Virus record (IMG/VR): IMGVR_UViG_3300017917_002374
Span: 186,001 to 250,000 of that record
Direction: 5' to 3' (one strand)
Length of the DNA stretch: 64,000 nucleotides
Every line of letters starts with the position of its first letter. The first letter of the stretch is position 1. Of the stretch, positions 32,551 through 42,467 are shown piece after piece. The position numbers and the translations under genes are program-made. The notes under the pieces are model-generated. The model made no database searches and was not told the origin of the DNA. It worked only from the letters and a program-made list of their open reading frames with translations.

Positions 32551-34011
32551 TTATCCTCCCGAAGCTTTGTCAGTTTGGCTAGCACCACTTTCTCTTGACC
32601 ATGGCTCATGTGTGGGTGCTATGTTCACAATACTGTTTATTTTGTTCGGTGATATTTCCCATAATCCGTTGCTGGTATTGAGCAAGGTATCACTATGCAA
32701 AAATTTAGGTATTGGTTCTGGTTTTTGTACCACTGGCGCTGCACTGGTATTAAGATGAATTTTTCCTCCGGTATACTGTAACAGTTCTCCGGCTTTGAAA
32801 CTGCCCACACCTCCAGCACTGATGTTGACTGTGCTGCTGCCGCCTATCTGTACCTTGCTGGCATAGATTTTGCTCAAGTCTGTGCTCAGCTGAATAAAGG
32901 TCTTGGTGTTGATGTCAATTTGATTGCCTGCAAATATTTTGATTTTATCTGCTGCATGCATTTTGATATTTGTGTCGCTGTGAAAATTAATATCGCCTTC
33001 ACTGCGCACATTAAACCCGCCGCTGGTAAAAATGTGCATCTGCCCGTTCTTGGCCAGTTCTATCCAACAGGTGCCTTCACTGTTGATCACATAGGTCATA
33101 CCGTTGGTATCATCTAGCAGCACTTGATGCCCGGCTGCGGTACGCATGCGCACCAGTTGACTCTTACCATAGAAGTCGCCGTCGTCCATAACAAAGGTAT
33201 GCCCACCTTTTCTGGCCAATGTGAACACATCTTCTGGACCAATGTCTCCACTTTCTACCTTGGCTTGTAGTGCAGGATCTTCAGCTGGGTCGCCTTTTAG
33301 CTGTCTACCCGGAGTGCTCCAGCCATATACTGCACTGGGAATATTTCTCTGCCCTGAACTGCTGACTGCGCCACGCAGTGGGTCACGATCCAATCCCTGT
33401 TGAATATAACGTTTGACTTGAAACTCATGAGGAGGCTTTTTGATATCTAAAAAATCACTTTGTACGTTTGCACCTTCGTTTTCGTTGGCTTCGCACAAAG
33501 GCCACACACTGTCGTCTGTGAGAGCTTTTTTCACATCAGGGCTGCCAATCTCTCTATCATCAATTTTGCTTTTACCAGCACCTGCAATGCCCGGGATCAT
33601 GTTTTTACCCAGCTTGTTTACCACACAGGCAAACCAATAGCCTCGGTTGGGATCACCGTTGATAAAAATAACCAGTACCACATTGCCCACGTCTGGTGGT
33701 ACTGCCCAGAAGCCGTAGGTATGTTGTGTGTAGGCATAGAAGTTTGACACTACTTTGTCAAAGCCAGGCGGTTGTGAGGTAGTGCCTGCAAATGGACTAG
33801 CATAACTTACAGTGTACCAGTTGCTGATATTTTCTTGATCTCCTGAACCCAGTTCTGGAATCCAAACTTGTAAACGTCCGGATCTTGTGGTGTCAAGCAC
33901 ATTCTTGATCACTGCTTCGTATGGGCCAGGATTAATATTGGTACCAGCAGCTTCATCGGCTCTGGCCCGCTTTGGTACTTTACTGCCATAAATTTTATCT
34001 GTTGTTCCCAT
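32551..34011 (-). CDS. gp5: Baseplate hub/spike protein gp5 (OB-fold plus beta-helix)
   Basis: DTTRSGRLQVWIPELG, YGFWAVPPDVGNVVLVIF and RKGGHTFVMDDG…RTAAGHQVLLDD. Confidence 0.85.
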   Translation of the reverse strand: MGTTDKIYGSKVPKRARADEAAGTNINPGPYEAVIKNVLDTTRSGRLQVWIPELGSGDQENISNWYTVSYASPFAGTTSQPPGFDKVVSNFYAYTQHTYGFWAVPPDVGNVVLVIFINGDPNRGYWFACVVNKLGKNMIPGIAGAGKSKIDDREIGSPDVKKALTDDSVWPLCEANENEGANVQSDFLDIKKPPHEFQVKRYIQQGLDRDPLRGAVSSSGQRNIPSAVYGWSTPGRQLKGDPAEDPALQAKVESGDIGPEDVFTLARKGGHTFVMDDGDFYGKSQLVRMRTAAGHQVLLDDTNGMTYVINSEGTCWIELAKNGQMHIFTSGGFNVRSEGDINFHSDTNIKMHAADKIKIFAGNQIDINTKTFIQLSTDLSKIYASKVQIGGSSTVNISAGGVGSFKAGELLQYTGGKIHLNTSAAPVVQKPEPIPKFLHSDTLLNTSNGLWEISPNKINSIVNIAPTHEPWSRESGASQTDKASGG

Positions 34012-34045
34012 TGATTATTCCGTTAATACATTATGTAGTTGAAAA

Positions 34046-36892
34046 TTAAGTACCAAAAAAATCACTAGCTGTTTGTGTTGGCGCCGTTGCTCTAACTGAA
34101 GACAATGCACGAGCTTGGCTGTTTTGATATTCTTCTCCGTATCCCCTTGCATCTGCTTCTGGTGTGGTATCTACCTTTTGTATGTTGCTGTTTCTTTCAA
34201 CCGAAGTACTGGTAGTTTTATTTTGCAACAGGCCAGTAAGCACTGTGGTTTTCTGTTGTTCAACTGTTTGGCTATCAAGTGCTGCCCATCCTTGAGATGT
34301 ACCACTTTGTGCCGTGCTAGGAAGATTGTCAGCTCTTATGTCTGTGCTGCTTTTTTCTACATTTTGTTTTTCATCTGGCTGATCCGGCAAGCGTACTGCA
34401 TCCAACATCTGTTCAAATTTACCTTGAGCAAATGTGCTTTCAACCATGAGCACTTGAAATATACCACTGAACGAAGATTGAAAATACTTTGTATTGGTTT
34501 TTAAGCCGCCGGTTTCTTCGTCAATATCAACTGGTGTTTTCCAATTCAACCTAATATGCACTTCACCGTTGTCCATGGCAATACTGCTACTCTCGTCTGT
34601 AACAAAATTACTGGGCTGACCTTGTACTTCGCTATATCTGCGAGCAGCAGGACTGTAATAGATTTCGTCTTGTTTGATAAATTGAGGGTCTCCAATAATT
34701 TTCAATTTAATTGCCAACTGGTCAGCAGATTGTCCATTGTTAAAATGTTCTGCTACAGATGCAGTGGCCATGCCAACCCCGTCTTTTCTATTGGTAGCTT
34801 GTCCTGCAACAGCTAGGTTATCAGATTTAGGTACAGTGGTTTTTGGTTGGAATCCAGCGAATGCTCCTTTTTTTAGATCTTCAACACTAGGATTTGGATT
34901 CTGTACTTGACTGCCTTCAATGTCCGGGCCAGCTTGTGTGAGAGTAGCAGCTACTCTGGTTCGGTCAATGGTCACCGCAGTGTAAAATGCTGTGTCAAAG
35001 TCAATGGAAAAATCTATAATGTCATTGTTTTGTCCGGTATAGATGTAGTTGTATTCTCTGTGCCAACCTTTAGGCAGATCCTTGGGTGCATTTGGATGTA
35101 CCCGATTGTACACAGTATAGGGTTTGACATAATAGGTTATGTCCATAAACCATTTACCATTCTGGGGATCGTACTTGCGCAGTTTTACATCTGGAATTAT
35201 TTTCCACCAGTTGATAGGTTTTTTAAGATCTTCGGCGTTTTGTGATGCATCCTTGGTGGTGTCTATCATCTGCGACCGAATGTATTCACTGCTGAGCATG
35301 ATGTTGTTGATTACAGCCATTACGCTGGTCTGTCCAGTAACATTAAACTTACTGAATCCAAGATTTGGCTGTGCTGTGGGTTTGCCTGCGTTGGCTCTTA
35401 CCATAGCAGCCAGCTCTTTTTTGTTTTTTGGATTGTATTCAGATACCTGGCTAGTAGGCTGATTCTTTGGGTTTACAATCTTTCCGCCATTGCCGTTGGC
35501 AGCTTTTAAAATAAAATCATCAATCACCACTGCTATTCTATTATAATCTGTGGCATGTTTGTTTTCTACTGATGCTCGCCCCCATGCATTGTATGCGCTC
35601 ACATAACTTTTAACAGTGTATGTAGGTGTGCTGGTATCGTTACCTGATGCACTACTGGTTTCTTTATCTGTTTTTCTTGTGTTGTTGTTTTTATCAGGAT
35701 TGGTTTTTTCTTCTTTTTCTTTGGCTTTTTTTTCTGCTTCTAATCTTTGATTTTCTTTGTCTGCTGCCTTGGCATCGTTGGCGTCGTCGATGTCTTTGAA
35801 AAATTCTTGCAGTGTGCTAGCTGTGATTTCAAAGTTTGCAGGAGTAGCTGCCACTGATTCTTGAAATCCTGAATGTGCGTAGGGCACTGCGCTCATCTGA
35901 TATTCTGCTCCCTTGATACTGGCTTTTATGCTCATGGTCAGAATGTTAATAGGAATATATTTTCTTTGTTTTACAAGATGTTTTCCTATGCCCTCGTCGT
36001 CATACCCAAAAAAATCAATCTGTATCAAATAGGGTATTTCAAGATAGTTTTTACCGTCTACTGCTGGATCTAGACAAGCATCAATTAATCTGTCTAGTAG
36101 TGTTACTCCGTGAGGTTCAATTATTGTAAAATTCAATTCTACAGCATTTGTTCCTTGGTTGCCGGCTGTGCTACCAATTATGGTAGTCATCTTAAGATTG
36201 TCAAAATAAAAATCATCTAGGAAATTTTGATCTCGATTAAATCCAGGAACTCCCCATTTGCCTGCGCCGCCAATAAGAGTTTTTGAGGGCACCCAATTGC
36301 TATCAGGATCTCTGCCCATTTTGTTAAAATCTTCTTTGCTCAACATGTGCAAACTGATATTATAGGTGTAGGATGCAAATTGGTGTAACAGGTTAGTTCC
36401 AACTGTAGGGGCCACAGTTCTGTTGGTACCTACTTCTATTTTTTTGTTACTTGCAGCAGTGTCAACGGTGTTGCTAGCACTTTGAGCTTCTAGTACTCCG
36501 GCGCCTAGCGTGACTTTCCTACTGCTGCCAAATTCGTCGCCAGCATCTGGTGTCGCTTCTTGCGGAGCATTTGTTTTGTTTTCCTTAACCCGTGCAGCTT
36601 CGGTTGAGGACAGTGGTTGTTCAGTTTCAGTACCAGTTTGATTTTGTACTGTTGATGCAGCAGTGTCGGCAGACTTGCTAGCCGGAGGCGGGGTGGGTGC
36701 CGGCGGCGGCTCCCGTGGATCCACAGGCGCAGGCAAGTCTGTGCTTTTTACTCCTTTTTCTAATCCTAGATTGTTTACGATTGTAGGTGATGCTCCTCGC
36801 GATAGAGTTTTACCGGTGGAGTCAACTAGAAGTAAAAGACCAGTGTCCTCGTCTGTTGTTATTTTAAGAGGAAGCGAATATGATATGGCCAT
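34046..36892 (-). CDS. Baseplate hub protein (gp27/VgrG-like by position)
   Basis: NLLHQFASYTYNISL, FTIIEPHGVTL, PYLIQIDFFGY and LKIIGDPQFIKQ motifs; lies between gp53 and gp5. Confidence 0.55.
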   Translation of the reverse strand: MAISYSLPLKITTDEDTGLLLLVDSTGKTLSRGASPTIVNNLGLEKGVKSTDLPAPVDPREPPPAPTPPPASKSADTAASTVQNQTGTETEQPLSSTEAARVKENKTNAPQEATPDAGDEFGSSRKVTLGAGVLEAQSASNTVDTAASNKKIEVGTNRTVAPTVGTNLLHQFASYTYNISLHMLSKEDFNKMGRDPDSNWVPSKTLIGGAGKWGVPGFNRDQNFLDDFYFDNLKMTTIIGSTAGNQGTNAVELNFTIIEPHGVTLLDRLIDACLDPAVDGKNYLEIPYLIQIDFFGYDDEGIGKHLVKQRKYIPINILTMSIKASIKGAEYQMSAVPYAHSGFQESVAATPANFEITASTLQEFFKDIDDANDAKAADKENQRLEAEKKAKEKEEKTNPDKNNNTRKTDKETSSASGNDTSTPTYTVKSYVSAYNAWGRASVENKHATDYNRIAVVIDDFILKAANGNGGKIVNPKNQPTSQVSEYNPKNKKELAAMVRANAGKPTAQPNLGFSKFNVTGQTSVMAVINNIMLSSEYIRSQMIDTTKDASQNAEDLKKPINWWKIIPDVKLRKYDPQNGKWFMDITYYVKPYTVYNRVHPNAPKDLPKGWHREYNYIYTGQNNDIIDFSIDFDTAFYTAVTIDRTRVAATLTQAGPDIEGSQVQNPNPSVEDLKKGAFAGFQPKTTVPKSDNLAVAGQATNRKDGVGMATASVAEHFNNGQSADQLAIKLKIIGDPQFIKQDEIYYSPAARRYSEVQGQPSNFVTDESSSIAMDNGEVHIRLNWKTPVDIDEETGGLKTNTKYFQSSFSGIFQVLMVESTFAQGKFEQMLDAVRLPDQPDEKQNVEKSSTDIRADNLPSTAQSGTSQGWAALDSQTVEQQKTTVLTGLLQNKTTSTSVERNSNIQKVDTTPEADARGYGEEYQNSQARALSSVRATAPTQTASDFFGT

Positions 36893-36895
36893 TTA

Positions 36896-37207
36896 TCATA
36901 TCCCTAGTGCAGCATCAATTGTGTCTTTTTTTGGAATACTAATCAGTACCCCTGGTTCAAAATCACCTAGAGGATTTTTAAGTACGTTTGGATTACGTGC
37001 AGCAAACACCCACCAAAGAGCAGCATCGCCGTAAAGATCATATGCCAGTAAATCAGGACGATTTTTGTACACGCGGTCAATTATGTATTGCACATCATCT
37101 GCACGAGATGGTATGCTGCGATATTCTATTATGTCTAAAAAATTGCCAAATCTAGCTGTGCTGTAATAGGGACTTGTTTTAGCATATTCAATTCTCTTGG
37201 TTGCCAT
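36896..37207 (-). CDS. gp53: Baseplate wedge subunit gp53-like (LysM-like)
   Basis: YKNRPDLLAYDLYGDAALWWVFAARNPNVL…PGVLISIP. Confidence 0.8.
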   Translation of the reverse strand: MATKRIEYAKTSPYYSTARFGNFLDIIEYRSIPSRADDVQYIIDRVYKNRPDLLAYDLYGDAALWWVFAARNPNVLKNPLGDFEPGVLISIPKKDTIDAALGI

Positions 37208-38187
37208 TATAAAAATCCTCCTACGCCTTTTTTGTCTCCTAGTAATAAACCTTGTGCCACATAGTCAAGATTGAAATCTTCATGTATGCGTTTACGACTG
37301 ACCACCGGTTGTAGAGTAATACTGATTGTGCTCAAAGTAGGAATTCTTGTGTTCTGATAAATGTTCTTTAACGGAATATAGTCTACGTCTGCTGGCAGTG
37401 TGTGTGAAAAATTTGTTACCACGCAACTCACGTGCGGAAAATAAAACTGCCCGTACCCATCAAGAAACACTATGGTTGGCGGTGTGCCCACTGGCAATGA
37501 TGTACTCTGACCAAAAAACATTTTTGTACACGCTCTTAAAAAATGCACACAGGCCAATACGTAAGCTGCTTCTTTTTCGTTTTGTGCTGAGAACTCACCG
37601 CTGATAGTAATTGCAGCCACATCACTGCCCTCGTAAAAATAACTAGTATAGTTGCTGTGTGTTAGATTTTGTGGTTGATACCTTGCATTATGTTGTACAT
37701 TAATTGATGGTGTGTACGGAAATATCACGCCGTTAACACCACTGTCAATAATTGGTTTAAGTGCCAGTTGGCTGCGATTAGGATCTTGATAAAAAATCTG
37801 AGATTTGGTTGGCAAACTTACTCGGATTCTCCAGTCGTCTTCAGTAGAGATTAACGATGTGGATGTGATGCCGCTTCTAATCTCTGGTTCAATCACTCTT
37901 GATTTTTCGGAGTTGGCACCGCCTTTGTTCAGTCCAGCATTTTGCAATCGCATGTTGGTAAAATCCACACCAGGGTATAGTTTGCTTTGAGCTGAGCCTG
38001 CAGGACTATCAACAAATCTTCCGTAGCCACCACCGTTTTTTATGTCTGGCCCGGGCTTTGCAGGGCCGTCGTTTGAGTACGGTAATGGGCCAGTTTGTCT
38101 CGTGCCAGTATAGCTGCTTGAATCGTTTGTGGATGACGCAGGGGTATCATAAAATCTACCATATCCTCCAGGTGTCACTGCTGGCAT
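37207..38187 (-). CDS. Baseplate tail-tube initiator/cap, gp48/gp54-like
   Basis: GVIFPYTPSI, ITISGEFSAQNE, PPTIVFLDGYG and PHVSCVVTNFSHTLPADVDY (tube-fold family); adjacent to gp53. Confidence 0.6.
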   Translation of the reverse strand: MPAVTPGGYGRFYDTPASSTNDSSSYTGTRQTGPLPYSNDGPAKPGPDIKNGGGYGRFVDSPAGSAQSKLYPGVDFTNMRLQNAGLNKGGANSEKSRVIEPEIRSGITSTSLISTEDDWRIRVSLPTKSQIFYQDPNRSQLALKPIIDSGVNGVIFPYTPSINVQHNARYQPQNLTHSNYTSYFYEGSDVAAITISGEFSAQNEKEAAYVLACVHFLRACTKMFFGQSTSLPVGTPPTIVFLDGYGQFYFPHVSCVVTNFSHTLPADVDYIPLKNIYQNTRIPTLSTISITLQPVVSRKRIHEDFNLDYVAQGLLLGDKKGVGGFL

Positions 38188-38203
38188 AAGTACTAGTCCT
38201 CTC

Positions 38204-38232
38204 TTGCTTTTTTATTATTTATTCGCTAAAAT
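38204..38232 (+). promoter_or_regulatory. Sigma70-like promoter for gp55 (TTGCTT-17-TAAAAT)
   Basis: -35 at 38204-38209, -10 at 38227-38232, 17-nt spacer. Confidence 0.55.
38216..38222 (-). promoter_or_regulatory. Late promoter ATAAATA heading the baseplate operon
   Basis: tatttat upstream of GAGAGGA RBS and ATG 38187. Confidence 0.6.
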
Positions 38233-38263
38233 ATATGGTAGTTTTATAAAGGAACACTAACCC

Positions 38264-39154
38264 ATGAAGCACAATTACCTCAACAACAAAGACATACTGA
38301 AGGAGATACACAAAAGCAAAAATACCTATTGTTGGTATGCTGTACCGGAAGATGCAGACTACGATATCATAGTATCGTTAAACAACAAAGGAACTATAGC
38401 CAAAAAAGACGTACTGCAAGGACGTAAAAACCGTGCAGAGCGTCTAGCCAAACTAGCACATGAAGCTGCTACATCAGATGGAACCAAACGCAAACTGGAA
38501 GAATTTGAAATCAAATATACCAAAATTCCAGAAACAGACGTGGTATTTAGAGTGATGACCTGGAGCCATGTGCCTGTAGATGATAGCAAAAACAAAAAAT
38601 TGCCAGTAGAGGAAGAAATCAATGCAATTGAAACAGAATACGATGCAGGAACAGAAGAGTTAGTTAAACTGCCCACCAAATATGTCAAAGTAAATTTTCC
38701 GCCATTTCAACACTGGAAGCTCAACGAAGCCGGAGAGTACTACGTGGTTGGCATCAGTCATTGGCATTGGCCAAAAGATCAAGCCACAGGCAGCTTCAGT
38801 AGAGAACACGGAACCATGACCAAAAAGCTAGCACTCATGTTCATGAAACTGTGTGAACGCTATGCCACTCGCAGCAATTGGCGTGGATACACATATAATG
38901 ATGAGATGCGTAGTCAGGCACTACTACAACTCTCACAGATAGGACTACAATTTGATGAAAGTAAATCACAAAATCCTTTTGCTTATTATACTGCTGCTAT
39001 CACTAATTCCTTTACTAGAGTCCTTAACATTGAAAAGCGCAACCAGAATCTACGAGACGATATTCTTGAAATGAACAATCTCAATCCCAGTTACACTCGC
39101 CAAAATCAAAACAGCAGTTGGGGCGCAGGCGGTAGCATGAGTTACGAGGAATGA
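38264..39154 (+). CDS. gp55: Late-transcription sigma factor, T4 gp55-like
   Basis: HNYLNNKDILKEI N-terminus; NWRGYTYNDEM; FDESKSQNPFAYYTAAITNSFTRVLNIEKR; next to gp47/gp46. Confidence 0.85.
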   Translation: MKHNYLNNKDILKEIHKSKNTYCWYAVPEDADYDIIVSLNNKGTIAKKDVLQGRKNRAERLAKLAHEAATSDGTKRKLEEFEIKYTKIPETDVVFRVMTWSHVPVDDSKNKKLPVEEEINAIETEYDAGTEELVKLPTKYVKVNFPPFQHWKLNEAGEYYVVGISHWHWPKDQATGSFSREHGTMTKKLALMFMKLCERYATRSNWRGYTYNDEMRSQALLQLSQIGLQFDESKSQNPFAYYTAAITNSFTRVLNIEKRNQNLRDDILEMNNLNPSYTRQNQNSSWGAGGSMSYEE

Positions 39155-39166
39155 TTGTCAAAATCA

Positions 39167-39195
39167 TTGCAGATTCGGACGCAGTTGTCTATACT
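39167..39195 (+). promoter_or_regulatory. Sigma70-like promoter for gp47 (TTGCAG-17-TATACT)
   Basis: -35 at 39167-39172, -10 at 39190-39195; ATG 8 nt later with no SD. Confidence 0.55.
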
Positions 39196-39203
39196 GCTAG
39201 ACT

Positions 39204-40217
39204 ATGAGCAACCTATTTAAAAAAGCCGCAGTATTCACAGACATTCATTTTGGACTGAAGTCAAACAGTGTCACTCATAACGAGGACTGTTTGGCTTTTG
39301 TAAAATGGGCCACTGCCAAGGCAAAAGAAGAAGGGTGTGACGCCTGTTTCTTTCTAGGTGACTGGCACAACAACCGAGCTGCACTGAACATTCTAACATT
39401 GAATTACAGTCTGCGAGCTCTGGAGTACATGAATGACAACTTTGATGCTGTATATTTTATACCTGGGAATCACGATCTTTATTATCGCGATAAGCGTGAT
39501 GTTCAGTCAGTTGAATGGGCACGTCACCTCCCTAATGTCAAGATTTGCAACGATTGGTTTCAAGACGGGGATGTCGTTATCGCTCCTTGGCTTGTTGGGG
39601 ATGATCATAAGCGGCTAGCCAAGAAACGTGCCAAGTATTGTTTTGGACATTTTGAACTGCCCGGTTACTACATGAACGCCATGGTACTCATGCCAGACAC
39701 CGGCGAAGCCAAACGCGAAGACCTAACTGGGTTTGAACATGTGTTTACTGGGCACTTTCACAAACGTCAAACAGCAGGCAACGTGACCTATATAGGCAAC
39801 TGTTTCCCACACAATTATGCAGATGCAGGAGATGATTCTCGTGGCATGATGATCCTGGAGTGGGGCAAGGAACCCGAGTATCATGCTTGGCCAGATCAGC
39901 CCACATATCGTGTGCTGGGTCTCAGTGAAATTGTAGACAACGCAGACAATGTGTTTAGACCCAAGATGCATGCTCGTGTGAACATTGACATTGACCTTAG
40001 CTACGAAGAAGCCAACTTTATCAAAGAAACCTTTGTGGACACTTACAAGCTGCGCGAGCTCAGTCTCATACCTCGCAAGGAAGTCAGTGTGAATGAAACT
40101 GCAACTGGTGAAATCATATTTGAAAGCATTGACACAATCGTGCAAAATCAAATCAATGCTATTGAAAGCGATCATTTTGATCCTGTACTACTGCTAGATA
40201 TATACAGAAACTGCTGA
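39204..40217 (+). CDS. gp47: Recombination endonuclease subunit gp47 (SbcD/Mre11-like)
   Basis: Metallophosphoesterase motifs DIHFG, GDWH, GNHD, GHFE and GHFH. Confidence 0.93.
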   Translation: MSNLFKKAAVFTDIHFGLKSNSVTHNEDCLAFVKWATAKAKEEGCDACFFLGDWHNNRAALNILTLNYSLRALEYMNDNFDAVYFIPGNHDLYYRDKRDVQSVEWARHLPNVKICNDWFQDGDVVIAPWLVGDDHKRLAKKRAKYCFGHFELPGYYMNAMVLMPDTGEAKREDLTGFEHVFTGHFHKRQTAGNVTYIGNCFPHNYADAGDDSRGMMILEWGKEPEYHAWPDQPTYRVLGLSEIVDNADNVFRPKMHARVNIDIDLSYEEANFIKETFVDTYKLRELSLIPRKEVSVNETATGEIIFESIDTIVQNQINAIESDHFDPVLLLDIYRNC

Positions 40218-41989
40218 TGTTCACAATTAAAACACTCACCGTAAAGAACTTTATGAGTGTGGGTAACGCCACACAGGCAATTAAATTTGACCGCCAAGAC
40301 CTCACCCTGGTACTAGGACAAAACCTAGACCTGGGCGGGGATGATACTGGTGCACGTAACGGTACAGGCAAGACCACTATTATTAATGCCTTGAGTTATG
40401 CACTCTATGGCGAAGCACTTACCCGCATACGTAAAGAAAATCTAATCAACAAGACCAACGGCAAGAACATGTTGGTTACCATTGAGTTTGAAAAGGATGG
40501 TCAAGGTTATCGTATTGAACGTGGTCGCAAGCCTAATGTGACCAAGTTCTTTGTAGGCGACGTAGAGCAAGAACAAAAAGAAGATGAAAGCCAGGGTGAT
40601 TCAAGAGAAACACAAGCAGAGATTGAACGCATGCTGGGCATGAGCCACGACATGTTCAAGCATATTGTGGCTCTTAATACTTACACCGAGCCTTTCCTCA
40701 GTTTGAAAGCAGCTGACCAGCGCATCATGATTGAACAACTGCTGGGCATTACTCAACTGAGTGAAAAGGCAGAAACACTAAAAGAACAAATCAAAGCCAC
40801 AAAAGATGCAATCACTCAAGAAGAGTTTCGCATCAAAGCCGAGCAAGATGCCAATCAACGCATGCTGGATCAGATAGAAAATCTCAAACGCAGGCAAGGC
40901 TTGTGGCAGAAAAAGCATGACGAAGATATTGCTGGATTTCAAGCAGCCTACGACGAGTTGGCCAAACTGGATATTGAAGCTGAACTTGAAGCTCACCAGA
41001 GGTTAACCGCACATGCTCAACTGCTCAAAGATCGTGCTGATGTAGAACGAGCACTAGCGCGAGCTAGAACAGATCATACAAGATACAAAAAGTCTGCAGA
41101 CAAACTAAAACAAGAACTAGACGCTTTACTAGAGCACCGATGTCATGCTTGCGGGCAGGAGTTGCACGACGACAAGCATGAAGAAATACTTGCAGACAAA
41201 CGCAACGAGCTAGATGCTGCTGCCACAGAGTACGATGCAGTTGGCGCAGACATTATAAAATATGAGCATGCACTAGAACAGCTGGGCACGCCTGGGCCTG
41301 CTCCTGTAACCTTTTACAAGCAGGAAAGTGATGCATTTGAGCATCGTGCTAGCATGGCACATGTGCTGAGCCAGCTTACTTCCAAGCAGGACGAGCAAGA
41401 TCCTTATGCTGATCAAATAACAGAAATGCAGGCACAAGCACTGGCCGAAGTGGATTATACTGTGATGAACGAGCTGGTACGCTTGCGTGATCACCAGGAT
41501 TTTCTGTTGAAATTGCTTACTAGCAAGGACAGTTTTGTGCGCAAACGCATCATAGATCAGAATTTAACCTATCTCAACACACGACTATCAGAGTATTTAG
41601 ACAGGATCGGTCTGCCGCATACAGTGACGTTTTTGAACGATTTAAACGTGAATATCACAGAACTAGGACGCGAATTAGACTTTGATAATCTGTCTAGAGG
41701 CGAGCGAAATCGCTTGATTTTGAGCTTGAGTTGGGCATTTAGAGACGTTTGGGAAAGCCTGTATCAGCCCATAAATCTACTGTTTGTGGACGAAGTTATA
41801 GACACAGGCATGGACAGCTCTGGTGTAGAAGCCAGCTTGGCCATCCTAAAGAAAATGAGCAGAGAGCGTAGCAAAAGTGTTTGGCTAGTAAGTCATAAAG
41901 ATGAGCTGGTCAGCAGAGTTAACAACGTGCTCACAGTAACCAAGAGCAATGGCTTTACAGAATATGGCACAGACATAGATTCCAAATAA
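40217..41989 (+). CDS. gp46: Recombination ATPase gp46 (SbcC/Rad50-like)
   Basis: Walker A NGTGKT, coiled coil with CHAC zinc hook, signature LSRGE, Walker B LFVDE. Confidence 0.94.
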   Translation: MFTIKTLTVKNFMSVGNATQAIKFDRQDLTLVLGQNLDLGGDDTGARNGTGKTTIINALSYALYGEALTRIRKENLINKTNGKNMLVTIEFEKDGQGYRIERGRKPNVTKFFVGDVEQEQKEDESQGDSRETQAEIERMLGMSHDMFKHIVALNTYTEPFLSLKAADQRIMIEQLLGITQLSEKAETLKEQIKATKDAITQEEFRIKAEQDANQRMLDQIENLKRRQGLWQKKHDEDIAGFQAAYDELAKLDIEAELEAHQRLTAHAQLLKDRADVERALARARTDHTRYKKSADKLKQELDALLEHRCHACGQELHDDKHEEILADKRNELDAAATEYDAVGADIIKYEHALEQLGTPGPAPVTFYKQESDAFEHRASMAHVLSQLTSKQDEQDPYADQITEMQAQALAEVDYTVMNELVRLRDHQDFLLKLLTSKDSFVRKRIIDQNLTYLNTRLSEYLDRIGLPHTVTFLNDLNVNITELGRELDFDNLSRGERNRLILSLSWAFRDVWESLYQPINLLFVDEVIDTGMDSSGVEASLAILKKMSRERSKSVWLVSHKDELVSRVNNVLTVTKSNGFTEYGTDIDSK

Positions 41990-42032
41990 TAAAATTTAAT
42001 CATGGCACCGCTGGAGATAATTATGTTTGCAA

Positions 42033-42467
42033 ATGACGTGGACCTATCAAGGAAATATTGTAGAAGAACTACCAGACAACTGTGTGGGGTTTGTCTATGA
42101 AATTGTTAACCTTGCCACTGGACGCAAGTACATTGGTAAAAAACTGGCAAAATTTGCACGAACTTCTTATCGAACAGTCAAATTAAAAAATGGCACAAAA
42201 AAACGCAAACGTGTTAAAAGCAAAATACCTTCAGACTGGCTCACCTATTACGGCTCCAATGATATTCTAAACGAAGATGTACAACAACTAGGCGCTGATA
42301 AATTCACCAGAGAAATACTCTATTATTGTTATTCCAAGGCAGAATGTAGTTATATTGAAGCAAGAGAACAGTTTACAAGACGGGTTCTTGAATCAGATGA
42401 CTACTATAACGGACACATACAAGTCCGTGTACATGGCTCACACATCAAAGGCAAATTAAGTAGTTAG
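42033..42467 (+). CDS. GIY-YIG family nuclease
   Basis: GFVYEIVNLATGRKYIGKK…YYGS…FTREIL…E; ATG 42033 preferred over the track's TTG 42027. Confidence 0.8.
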   Translation: MTWTYQGNIVEELPDNCVGFVYEIVNLATGRKYIGKKLAKFARTSYRTVKLKNGTKKRKRVKSKIPSDWLTYYGSNDILNEDVQQLGADKFTREILYYCYSKAECSYIEAREQFTRRVLESDDYYNGHIQVRVHGSHIKGKLSS

